Shown piece by piece: positions 25,291-35,300 of a stretch of DNA of 64,000 nt. Below the pieces are notes generated by a model, which was not told the origin of the DNA, ran no database searches, and worked only from the letters and a program-made list of their open reading frames with translations. Source of the stretch: Selaginella moellendorffii (Eukaryota; Plantae; Lycopodiophyta); contig NW_003314293.1 of assembly GCF_000143415.4 (NCBI RefSeq), forward strand, positions 1,322,431 through 1,386,430, written 5' to 3'. Every line of letters starts with the position of its first letter. The stretch's first letter is position 1. The translations under genes were made by a program, and so were the position numbers.

Positions 25291-25812
25291 TCATCTCTGG
25301 ATGGACAGCTTCTCCTGGAAGATGATATCGTCCTCGAGGATTGGATTGGAATCTGGATCAAGGTATGGAGGAAGCAGCACTGCCGTTTTCTGGGTAGCCA
25401 AGCTCGCACGGAAGGCCTCGGCGATCTTCTCCGGTCCATAGTAGTGACCCTCGGCTACGTGAATCGAGGCATGCACCAGGAACCCATCCTCGATCACCAA
25501 GTTGTAGAAGTTGCATTGTGTTCCTCGGTAGATCTTCCGGAAGCGGGGCTTGTGTAGATCAAACTTGAGCTCGCCCAGGCTAAAGAGCGTTGTAAGCCCC
25601 TGGAAGAAAAGACTAAAGCCCACTCGATCTCGCTGAGTGAAACTTACGTTGAAGTGAAACTGGACAATGTCGTCTTTCCATTGCTCGAGCAGCGCGTCCA
25701 GTTGCTTCCACACCTCCTCTCGAGAGACGCCTCTCTTCTCGTACATGTCCTCCAAGCGCGAGGTCGATTCATCCTCTCCTTTTCCTTCGTGAGATCCAGA
25801 ACGGTTGCCACC
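25291..25812 (-). CDS. Uncharacterised protein (ORF of ~154-173 aa, possibly a terminal exon)
   Basis: Long open frame with GC-rich third codon positions, preceded by the acceptor ttttacag at 25813-25820. Its 3' end is duplicated at 27262-27382. No family recognised. Confidence 0.5.
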   Translation of the reverse strand, partial: GGNRSGSHEGKGEDESTSRLEDMYEKRGVSREEVWKQLDALLEQWKDDIVQFHFNVSFTQRDRVGFSLFFQGLTTLFSLGELKFDLHKPRFRKIYRGTQCNFYNLVIEDGFLVHASIHVAEGHYYGPEKIAEAFRASLATQKTAVLLPPYLDPDSNPILEDDIIFQEKLSIQR

Positions 25813-25845
25813 TGTAAAACCAACCAGAACCCTAATGCTCTTTAC

Positions 25846-26250
25846 GAACTGGGTTCTCCAGCTAAGCTAGCCATGAGAAAAGTTGCCGCAGCTTGAAATG
25901 GTTGCCGAGCTCGGCCTCTCAGACCAGGATGTTACAACCATCGCTGAAATGATTGATGCGGCAATCGTGGCTTTGGTTCCCGACTGGCGACCCGGGGCTT
26001 GAGGACAATGGTGTGACAGAGGTGGATGATCAAGCACAAGCGAGAGAAGAAAGTCCATCGGTAGCTCACCGAGATTTCAAGCCCCAGAATGAGACCGAAC
26101 ACCGCCCTGCATTTTACCGCTTGCGGCATCCGCTCAGCGCGCTCATGAGCGTCATAAATCCCGTGGCGCCGATGAGAAACAGCAATTTTCCTTGACACGA
26201 GGTTGGAGCTGCGAGAGAAGTCACTCGGTTTGGGCGACAGGCGTGAAATA
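25846..26250 (-). pseudogene. Collapsed PPR pseudogene (paralogue of the 27500-29623 PPR), interrupted by a foreign fragment
   Basis: 26197-26250 matches PPR 29150-29208. 26068-26170 gives GFMTLMSALSGCRK..VFGLILGLEIS versus GFVTLMGALGGCRK..VFDLILGLEIP in the intact gene. 25865-25893 matches 27517-27545. Confidence 0.75.
25891..26068 (+). pseudogene. Captured fragment of a WNK kinase gene (OSR1-C/autoinhibitory region)
   Basis: Translation [35 protein letters not shown] matches the plant WNK motif EMVAELDITDQDV..IAEMIDxEIxxLVPxWKPG. Confidence 0.7.
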
Positions 26251-26274
26251 GAAGAAGACGGCGGACATGTCCTG

Positions 26275-26700
26275 GGCGGTGGATTGCTTCCTCACATTGT
26301 GTCCTACGTTGCTTACCTGGGACAAAGCCTGGATCGCTTCCTCACATTGTTTCCTACGTTGTTTACATCTCAATCATAATCCATCAATCGAGACAAACTA
26401 AGAGCTTTACGTGAGAAGAAAGTGGATTTACTCGAGGCAAAAACTTCGTTGTCGAGCTTTTCCGCGTAAGTAAGGGGACACAAGCGGCAAGAACTTCAAA
26501 ACTTCTTTACAAGGATGTCGAGCTTTTCCTCCAAAATGTTGCCCATTCATGAGCGCTCTCTCGCTGGGCTTGGAGAGACCACAGTGGATTGGCGCCACTG
26601 GTGGAGCCGCTCACATATTACACAGAAACTCCAAGCTCCGCAAGCTCGATTCACGAGTTTTTATCGACGAGTAACCCATCAAAGAACTTAACCCGATTAT
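26275..26700 (-). pseudogene. Tropinone reductase-like pseudogene (copy 3, fragmented 5' half)
   Basis: Patches align with copy 2 at 24130-24560 (ggattgcttcc.cacatt, gagaagaaagtggattt, ttacaaggatgtc, cccatcaaagaactta), with many deletions and a local duplication. Confidence 0.8.
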
Positions 26701-26773
26701 ACGAGATTTCTCTTCCACAGCCAGCTCATTGTTCTTAATCTTTTATAATAGAACTATTACATGACATTAGTTT

Positions 26774-27157
26774 TTACCACTCAAACTCCACAACTGGAAC
26801 ATACCATTTCCTGGTGTCCCAACCAGTACCAAACAAAGCAAAGTCCAAAAGATACCACTCGATCTGCTCGTAATTGGAGCTCTTTTTTTGGTCGTAAGCA
26901 TGGAACTGGAATGACTTACCATCCAAGGAGAAGTCACACCAAAAGAGCGTGTTTCCAACCCATCGATCATCGAATGGCCAGCCGAATGAATCCTTGGGCT
27001 TGAGCGTCTGTGCCCCCAAATCGTCCTGCTTGGATTGGCAGTGGAGCGATAGATCAGACTCAGAGCGATTAAAGATCTTCACGGTCTTTGCTTCTGCTGC
27101 CGCTGTCATGAGAACTAGCAAGAGTGGAAGAACGTGACAAGATTTTGGTGATAGCAT
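26774..27157 (-). CDS. S-protein homologue (SPH) (copy 2)
   Basis: Signal peptide; VKIFN..LSLHCQSKQDDLG..FGWPF..NTLFWC..FHAYD; ends VVEFEW*. Intact paralogue of 24765-25154. Confidence 0.85.
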   Translation of the reverse strand: MLSPKSCHVLPLLLVLMTAAAEAKTVKIFNRSESDLSLHCQSKQDDLGAQTLKPKDSFGWPFDDRWVGNTLFWCDFSLDGKSFQFHAYDQKKSSNYEQIEWYLLDFALFGTGWDTRKWYVPVVEFEW

Positions 27158-27261
27158 TGGAAAGTTGAGGGAGGACAATTGCGATCATCTGATTTATAGT
27201 TGTCGAGCTTGGACCGCTAACCTATCTCATATGGCTTGAAGTTTTCGCGGCATTCATAGTT

Positions 27262-27382
27262 GAGACAAAAACCTTCAAGCTTTGATTGTCTCATCTCTGG
27301 ATGGGCAGCTTCTCCCGGAAGATGATATATTTCTCGAGGATTGGATTGGAATCGGGATAAGGTATGGAGGTAGCAGCACTGC
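27262..27382 (-). pseudogene. 3' remnant of the uncharacterised ORF at 25291
   Basis: Near-identical to 25262-25383 (aaccttcaagctttgat..tcatctctggatgg..gcagcactgc), then truncated. Confidence 0.75.
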
Positions 27383-27499
27383 GAGATTCAACACAAAGTT
27401 GCCACCTAAAGTTCTTTAACAAATGCCGAGTTGAGGCATTTGCCTAAAACTCTAATGTTTTACCAGATGTCTTTGAAAACGAGAAGCTGTAATGGATAT

Positions 27500-29623
27500 C
27501 TAGGCTTCTCCACAAACGCTAGCCATGAGCAAAGTTGCCGCAGCTCGGTCTTCCTCCGGGATTTCAAGCCCCAGAATGAGATCAAACACCGCCCTCGCGA
27601 CGCGGGCATTTCCCCACTTGCGGCATCCGCCCAGCGCGCCCATGAGTGTCACAAATCCCGGCCTCGGCCGCTGGCATTCCAACATCTCCAGCGCCTCGTC
27701 CAATCGATTCGCCCGACAAAGGAGATCCACGACGCAGCTAATGTGCTCCTCGGAGGGGACAATGCCGTACACATCCCGCATTTCGCGGAAGAACTGTCGC
27801 CCTTGGTCGACGAGCCCGGCGTGGCCGCACGCCGCGAGAATCGAGACGAAGGTCACTCCGTTTGGTCGGAGGCCCTGCTCGGCTTCCATCCCCTGGAGGG
27901 AATCCAGCACGCGATCGATCTTGCCTTGGTGGCTGTGAGCTCCCACGAGAGCGTTCCACATCGCGAGGTCTCTAGCGGCAGCCGCGGCATCAAACACCGC
28001 CTCCGCGTCGCGCGAGCTCCCGGATCTCCCGTAGAAATCGATCAGGGCGGTGGTCACCAGCAGCTCGCCCTCGAATCCTCGCCGGCAGATCTTAGCGTGG
28101 ATCGATCTCCCCGCCGCCAGAGCTCCCAGGTTCGCGCAGGCCTTGAGCGCTGTGAGATAAGTCACTGGGCTTGGAGGGGCTGGGATTTGCGCGAGCTCCA
28201 TTCGAGCGAAGAGGGCGAGAGCTTGCTCGTTCTCGCCACCCTCGACGTAGGCGGAGATCATGGCTGTCCACGCGAAAACGTCGCGAAGATCCATGGAATC
28301 AAACACGGTCTTGGCTTCCTCCACGCTCCCACACTTTCCATAGAGATCGATGAGAGTGCTCGAGAGAAAGAGATGGTGGTCTTGTCCAATGTTCTTCAGT
28401 CGTGAATGGATAGCTCGTCCCCTTCTCAGGCATGAAAGTTTCATAGATTTGGAGCTCGGACTGGTGGAACTCGGACTCGAAGAGCTCGGACTGGAACTCG
28501 GGCTCTTTCCTGCCAAGTTTACACAGGCCTTGAGCGCTGCGAGGTAAGTCACAGCGTTGCTTCTCTCGAGCCTTTCAATCGACTCAAACGTCTCCAAGGC
28601 CTGTTGTTCGTCGCCACCCTCGGCATAGCCGAGGATCAGCGCGTTCCACGATGCGGCGTCGTCGTGGGCGATCGCGATTCCATCGAAAACAAGCTGAGCT
28701 TGGGTCATGCTGCCGACTTTTCCATAGAGATCGACCAGAGCGTTCGCCACGAATCCGTTGGACTCGCTGCCGGACCTTAGAATCCCCGAGTGAACGTCTC
28801 GAGCTTTCGAAAGATCTCCTGGAAAGTTGGCGCAGGCCTTGAGAGCTGCAAGGTAAGTCACCGCGTTTGGGCGAACTCCATCATCTCGCATTCTCTCCAG
28901 GAGCTCCAGAGAAGTGTCTCCACGGCCGCTCTCGGCATATCCCAGAATCATGGAGCTCCACGACACAACATCCTGCGTTTTCATTCGATCGAAGACGCTC
29001 CTCGCGTCAACCATGCTCCCACACTTCCCATACGTGTCGATGAGCGTGCTTGCCACGAAAGTATGGAGCTCCAGTCCGGATTCGACGAGCTGGGAGTGGA
29101 TTCTTCGTCCAATCTCCAAACACTCGGTGGATTTTCCTCGCTCTATCGACGCGAGGTTGGCACAGGCCTTGAGAGCTGCGAGATATGTCACTCGGTTTGG
29201 GCGACAGGATCTCTCCAAGCTCGAGCTTTCCATTTGCGAGAAGAGATCGAGAGCTTGCTTGGCATCGCCATTCTCGGCGTACCCAAGTATGAGAGCGTTC
29301 CACGAGACGACGCTCTTGCGAGGATTGGTTTCGAAGATCTTTCGAGCATCAACCATGCTCCCACACTTGGCATACATGGAAACGAGCGAGTTTGCAACGT
29401 AAGTGTCCGACGATGCCGCAGCGTCTCTGGAAACCTCGCCATGAATTCTCCTCCCGCCCTCTAAATCTCTGGAGCGAGCACATACCTTGAGCGCCGAGAG
29501 GAGAGCTGGAATGCTCAACGCCACTCCCTCTTTTGTCGAGGCTTCCCGGATTCTTTTCCGGCCGGAAGATGAAGATGGTTCCTCCATCCTGGCGAGAAGA
29601 GCTCCAGCGTGATGCCATTCCAT
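27500..29623 (-). CDS. PLS-class pentatricopeptide repeat protein (E-like C-terminus, no DYW)
   Basis: Repeated P-L-S triplets (VANSLVSMYAKCGSMVDARKIF / VSWNALILGYAENG / VTYLAALKACA), ending ACGHAGLVDQG..HISCVVDLLCRA..LGGCRKWGN. Single exon. Confidence 0.92.
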   Translation of the reverse strand: MEWHHAGALLARMEEPSSSSGRKRIREASTKEGVALSIPALLSALKVCARSRDLEGGRRIHGEVSRDAAASSDTYVANSLVSMYAKCGSMVDARKIFETNPRKSVVSWNALILGYAENGDAKQALDLFSQMESSSLERSCRPNRVTYLAALKACANLASIERGKSTECLEIGRRIHSQLVESGLELHTFVASTLIDTYGKCGSMVDARSVFDRMKTQDVVSWSSMILGYAESGRGDTSLELLERMRDDGVRPNAVTYLAALKACANFPGDLSKARDVHSGILRSGSESNGFVANALVDLYGKVGSMTQAQLVFDGIAIAHDDAASWNALILGYAEGGDEQQALETFESIERLERSNAVTYLAALKACVNLAGKSPSSSPSSSSPSSTSPSSKSMKLSCLRRGRAIHSRLKNIGQDHHLFLSSTLIDLYGKCGSVEEAKTVFDSMDLRDVFAWTAMISAYVEGGENEQALALFARMELAQIPAPPSPVTYLTALKACANLGALAAGRSIHAKICRRGFEGELLVTTALIDFYGRSGSSRDAEAVFDAAAAARDLAMWNALVGAHSHQGKIDRVLDSLQGMEAEQGLRPNGVTFVSILAACGHAGLVDQGRQFFREMRDVYGIVPSEEHISCVVDLLCRANRLDEALEMLECQRPRPGFVTLMGALGGCRKWGNARVARAVFDLILGLEIPEEDRAAATLLMASVCGEA

Positions 29624-29849
29624 AGAGAAATCAACCCATAGAAAAGAAAGACTAGATTTTTTGTGGATCCAACCTCTTGAGTTCCTTTTAGTACACAATG
29701 CTAGGATCATCTATCGCTCTACAACAAAAACCATCCATCTCCCTTCCTCTCTCCAGCTTTTCCTTCTTCTCTAGCTGTGGATCTAGTATACAAACCCAAG
29801 GCAAGGAAAACGAATCAAAGAATGGACGTGTGCTCTCTCTTTCATCCAT

Positions 29850-30728
29850 TCAACTTTGCTCCGTCTTGACGGCCATGGCGGCTTGCCTTCTACGCATTTG
29901 AGCCTCGAGCTTATTTTGCATCTCTGCGAAACAAAAACAACGTTAGAAACTCTGCTCTTTCATGCGTAACACCAAGCGAAGAAGGGAGAAAGGCTTACTC
30001 TTGTGAGCAATTGCCTTGCGAGTGAGTGCCAAAAACTCCTCCCACTCGAACGATTGTAGCTCTTGTTTCTCTTCGTCTGTGAGTTGGAAGTTTGGCTCCC
30101 TTCCACACATATAAGCAGCTCTAATGCCAGACAAAGATAAGAAACGACGAAACGAAACGAAGAGCTATGAAAAACTCTTTACCTGTCGTAGAGATGAGCA
30201 GCCTCTTCTTGGGTGTTGACGGTTCCCAGATGGACTTGTTTCTTCCCAACTTTGATGGCAGCCTGCCACTTCAAGTTCTTGAAATAAACTCCCCGCAGCA
30301 TGCACGGCTCCTGGTTATTCACTTGCTTCCTCCGGTGTAGCTTTCGCTTCTTGAGCTCCTTGTCTGCCAAAAACCAAGGATATCTCAAGCCGAGCAAACT
30401 ACAAGAGCAGTAGCGAGAGATACCTTTGAAGGGGGTTTTGAAAGCGAGAGGTGGTGGCTTGCCTATGTACTCCTGCAACTACGAACGCATAGTCTCTTAG
30501 AACATCGAACTGGAAACGAAGAGAAGAAAGTGATGGAAACTTACGTCTGTTCCATCCGGCCGATACATGGCCAGCGCCAGAGGCTCCACATTTTCACTAC
30601 ACTTGTTGGAAGCTTGCTGCAGCCTACATTTCTCTGATAGAACACACACAGGAAACAAGTAAGATATGAGCTTTGAAGCAATAGAAACACTTACCACTCA
30701 GGTGCTTTCGTTTTCGAATGCTGACCAT
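29850..30728 (-). CDS. AP2/ERF 'soloist' transcription factor (At4g13040/APD1-like), multi-exon
   Basis: Starts MVSIRKRKHLSG. RKLHRRK..EPCMLRGVYFKNLKWQAAIKVGKKQVHLGTV..EEAAHLYDRAAYMCGREPNF.L..EEKQEL..FEWEEFL.LTR.AI. Confidence 0.88.
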
Positions 30729-32399
30729 GGCCTCCAGCTAAAGCTCTTTCAAAGTCTCCACCAAAACGACAGTAAAGCTAGTCCCACCCTCGAATCGACT
30801 TGTAGCAGCACAGCTTTTCTCCTTCCCGGCCCTCCACCAAAGCAAAAGCTCGATTTCTACGCACCCTTCCTTCCTGTTCACGCCGTAAGCTCCAAGCTTT
30901 CCTGGATCCCTTCCCCGCGGCTAGTTTGTCCGCGAGCTACTGTCCTACCACTGTTCTTCCCCTTTGCTCCAAATCCAAAGCTCCCCCCTGGATGTGTTCT
31001 AGCGCTCTAGCTGCAAACACGCACACACCGGGATGAAGCGAATCATCGAGAAAGGTGGCACCGATAAAAACCAGCCAGCCAACCAGCCACCCCCGTCAAT
31101 CAATCAATCAATCCGGCCCCCACGGAGCTCCGGAAAAAGTCAACTTACAAGAACCACCGCCGCCTCCTCTTCGTCTTCTTCCTTGCAGCTCCAGCTCCAC
31201 AAGATGGACCGCGCAAAAAAAATCCCCCTCTTCTTCTCGCTCTCCTAGTCAAACACAAGCACCTCTATTCCTCTTTCTCCTCCAACCAAGAACACGAAGA
31301 AAAAAAAAAACCTCTCCCCCACATAGACGCTGAGAAAGAAAGCCCAAGCGCAGGCAGCAAGAAAGAAGAGAGACTTACCCGTGTAGCGTTTTGGAGCATT
31401 CCCTGGGATCCAATGGAGGCGGCCGAGCAAATGGGTCGGCGCTAAACCTTGCGAGGCGCGGCGGCGAGCACAGCCCAGTTCCCCAATCGCTGGAATCGGC
31501 GAGAGCGGCGCCCCAAAAGCCTCCAAATCTTTGCTTGCCACCTTTTGCTAAACGAAACGAGCGAGGGGACTAGCGCACCACCCTCGACGCCATGGATGGT
31601 GGTGGTGGTGGACGCTTAAACTCACGCACACGCACACGGGGGCACACCACTTAATAGAAAGAAAGAGAAAGAAAGAAGAAACCCAACCCAACTCTCTCCT
31701 CTCTCTTTGAGTTGATGGCCTAACTCTCTAAGTAAGAGTGCGATGCACGACTTTCAACTCTAACACGAAAAAAAAAAGGGCAAACAATGGGAGAGAGAGA
31801 GCCCAAAAGGTAAGAAAAAAAAAAAGATTGAGAAAAAAAACGGCAAAAAGAAGAACAATGAGGGTTAAAATGTATAAACCGACTTGGGTGGTGGAAATTA
31901 TTTCCCCCCAGCGGTCCAATCCATGGTGGCTTAAGGTGAGATTAAAGGCTAATCACAATTAGCCGCGGGGGGCTATGACTGCTATGTGCCACCGCCATCC
32001 TTCGGGAAAAAAAATAGGATTTGTGCTAACCGAGGTGGGGTTTATTAGCATTAGCGGGTGATTAGCGCCGCAGGCGTCAGATTGCTCGGCAGCAACGGTG
32101 AGGATTGGAGGGCGCCGGCGCTTTACAGGTATACGTGTACGCTGCATGGACCAGGAAGCAAAAGCAAAAAATAATGCTTGCCTCTCTTTTATATGTTTCA
32201 AGCTTTGTTGTGTTTTTTTAGGGGCCACCACCTTTGGGTTTGTAATGAGGGAAAATTTTGACAAGGACATGGAGTTTGTGGGTCGGCCTGCCGCAGCTGC
32301 CTCGTCTAGCAATAAAGTGGAGAAAGGTGGTGCAATTGCCACCGTTACTTTTAGTGCTTACCTGTCCCGTTATGCTGGATTTTGATTTTGGTCAATGAT

Positions 32400-35300
32400 T
32401 AGGTACTTTAAGATTTTTAACCATATTTATGTACTAAATTGTTTCTGAAGAAATTTCAAATGACACTAATCATCAAGTAGACTTTAAAAGTAAATTCTAC
32501 AGCCAAAACAAATATGCCAAAAATTAAATATGAAGAATTAGACAAATGGTTTTCCAAATTAATTTTATCTCATCACATATATGTGATAACTTAAGCAGAA
32601 TTTGATTTCAAAAAATAAGAACTCTTTAAAAAAAACTTAAATTAATATAAAAAATTAGAGAAAATTAAAACTAATTTTCTGTATAATATATTGCATATCT
32701 GCTTTCCAAAACACAAGTAATTATAATCTATTAGACATGATAGTAGCAATAAAGTTTTTTATAGAATAAGTAGAATAAAAATAAAATAATTTCATCAATA
32801 CTAGTATACTAAATCAAGTTTTTGTTATTATTTTATTAAATTTAGTTTTATTTATCTTTGTTCTTTTATATATTAACCCTTTAAATAAAAATTTACATTT
32901 TAAAATTATTAATGTAAGAAGCTATGAGATAAAATACATATTAAAAATAAGGAATTAAAATAAATAATGTCAAAGGGAGAAAGAAGAAATATAAATTTAT
33001 AATTATTATAAAAACTATTTTAAGCTTATGATAATGATAGAGGCTGTCAAGCATAATAATTAACATTTGATTTGGTGTATCTCATAAAAAATTTGGATTT
33101 CATTTAAATTTTAAAGCACTATTTTATATAAACAAATATTTCACTATAAAGTTTATTTTATGGAAAAGTAAACATGCATATCAACTATAGAATATTGACT
33201 AAAGCTAACATTAGAAATAAAAAAATTTATTCTCAAATAACAAGTCCATAATAGCTTAAAAAAACTTTCTTTTGAAAAAAATCATGTGGAAGTTTTGGTG
33301 GATAATGGGTGGTTAACATAATTAGTTAAAGAGGGAAGATAATGGCATGACAATGTTTATAAATTTAAAATTTTATTAAAATATTTACATAGCAAAAGAA
33401 TGTTTTCTGTGGCTCTGACATGTTTTTCTAATTGAAATTTTCATACACAACAAGAATCTTTTTTGGTGCTAGCTAGTCTAATTTATAATTGAGTTTAACT
33501 ATTATGCTCATAATTATAGGATTATAGCAAATATAAATAACGTGGTAATATGTATGCTAACATAAAGTGCATAAATATTGATTAGTAAGTTTATGCTTTT
33601 TGCCATAAGCACTAGATAACAAATGAACTACAAACACTAGGAAAAGAGCAAATGCAAAATAATGAAAACATATGTAAATAAAGTAAAACTCTTTTAAAGT
33701 GTTAAACTTAAGATTGAGTTGCAACATTGAGAGCAACATATTCTATATGTTATATGGGTTGTAATCGACAAAGAGAGAAAGCAAGTGTTACATTATTTAA
33801 AAATTAAATACAAGGAAATCTAAATTGGCAACTTTATATAATAAATTTAATGAAGTAAGATGGGTCAAGAAGAGTCATTATAGTGAAGCAAAATATAGAT
33901 TGCTTAAACTAATGTTGGGCCTAGACAAGTTTATATCACTTGAGAAGTAATTGAACTTTCTTCTTTTCATTATTACTTTCCATTATCTCTAACTAGGTTT
34001 TCATTCAAATATTTGATAATTAAGGTTTAGCAATGGTCTTCTTGAAGCATATAAATAAGCAATATCAAAGTCTTTAAATTTGTAAAGGTTCATAATGTAT
34101 TTTCCCTCTTTTTGTTTATATCAGATAAAAAAGAAGATCAAATTTCTTGATGTTAAGTGCTCTCTAGAAAGGATGGTGAAAAAAAAAAAAAGCTTAAAGT
34201 GTTCAAAGTGTTTATTGTTTTCTCCTACTTTACAACCCTTTTGAATATAACAAACATTGAGCCTTGAAAGTTTGTTTACTTGTAAGTGTTAATTTAATTT
34301 TTGATTACAACTTTTAGTGTTTTACAAATTCACTAATTTAACAAGAGTTAATAGTTGTATGGAAGGTGGTTTTACTTGCTGAGGGTATATTGAATGCATA
34401 GTGATGGATCTATTAGACACACTCTAACCACATATGGCATGGACAAGCTTATTATTCCATCTTAGTATGCTCATCAACTTAGCTTGTTTATTATGGCATA
34501 AATAACTATATCATTCCATTTTTAAAGATTATTCAACAAAAGTATTAAGAAAAATGGAATTTAACATGTACATACTCTTCCTCAAAGAAGTAGAGTATAT
34601 AGATTGTAAAACATATTACATTATTGAGATTATCGTAACAATAACTTAGTATAATAAAATGTATTGAGAGACAAAGATTAATTATAGAGTAGATATGTTT
34701 TGGCATGTTTTTTTGCCTTTGATAAACTGATGAGTTGAATCTATTTTTGCTCAAAGAATTTTAGAGATAGCATTGATTAGCATTTGTTAAGTAGTTTCTA
34801 GTTTATAATAATAAGGAGAAACTGCTGAACTTTGTGGATCTTGCTAATTGATGTTATCAAATAAAGGTAATCTCAGTTTTTCACTATACATTATTTTGAA
34901 TTTTGTTTGCAATATTGAGTCACCCAATAGGTGCACGATATATATTAGGTTAGGGAAGAAGGTAAGCATAACACTTATTTTTTTCCTCACTCAAAGAAGC
35001 CTTGTGAAAATAAAACTTTCTTTACTATAACATGTTTCTATTCTATTTAAATCTTATTTTAAAATCCAATTTTCTTCTTAAAATAATAAGTCTATTTTTC
35101 ACATATTTATTTAAACTTTGTAAGTTTTCTAATTTCTCTTTTTTATATCGATTTTTTATTTATTTATGAATACTCTTCAATCCCAATATAAAGCATAGAA
35201 GAAAATGCTATGTTTTGAAAATTTCAAAGGGGAAAAGCTATTATAAGCTCTTAAGACACATCAAAAAGGGATTAAGCCAACTTAAAAAATAGACAAAAAA

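Noticed and set aside
27431-29464. Plus-strand ORFs of 324 aa and 224 aa
   Set aside because: Antisense shadows of the PPR gene.
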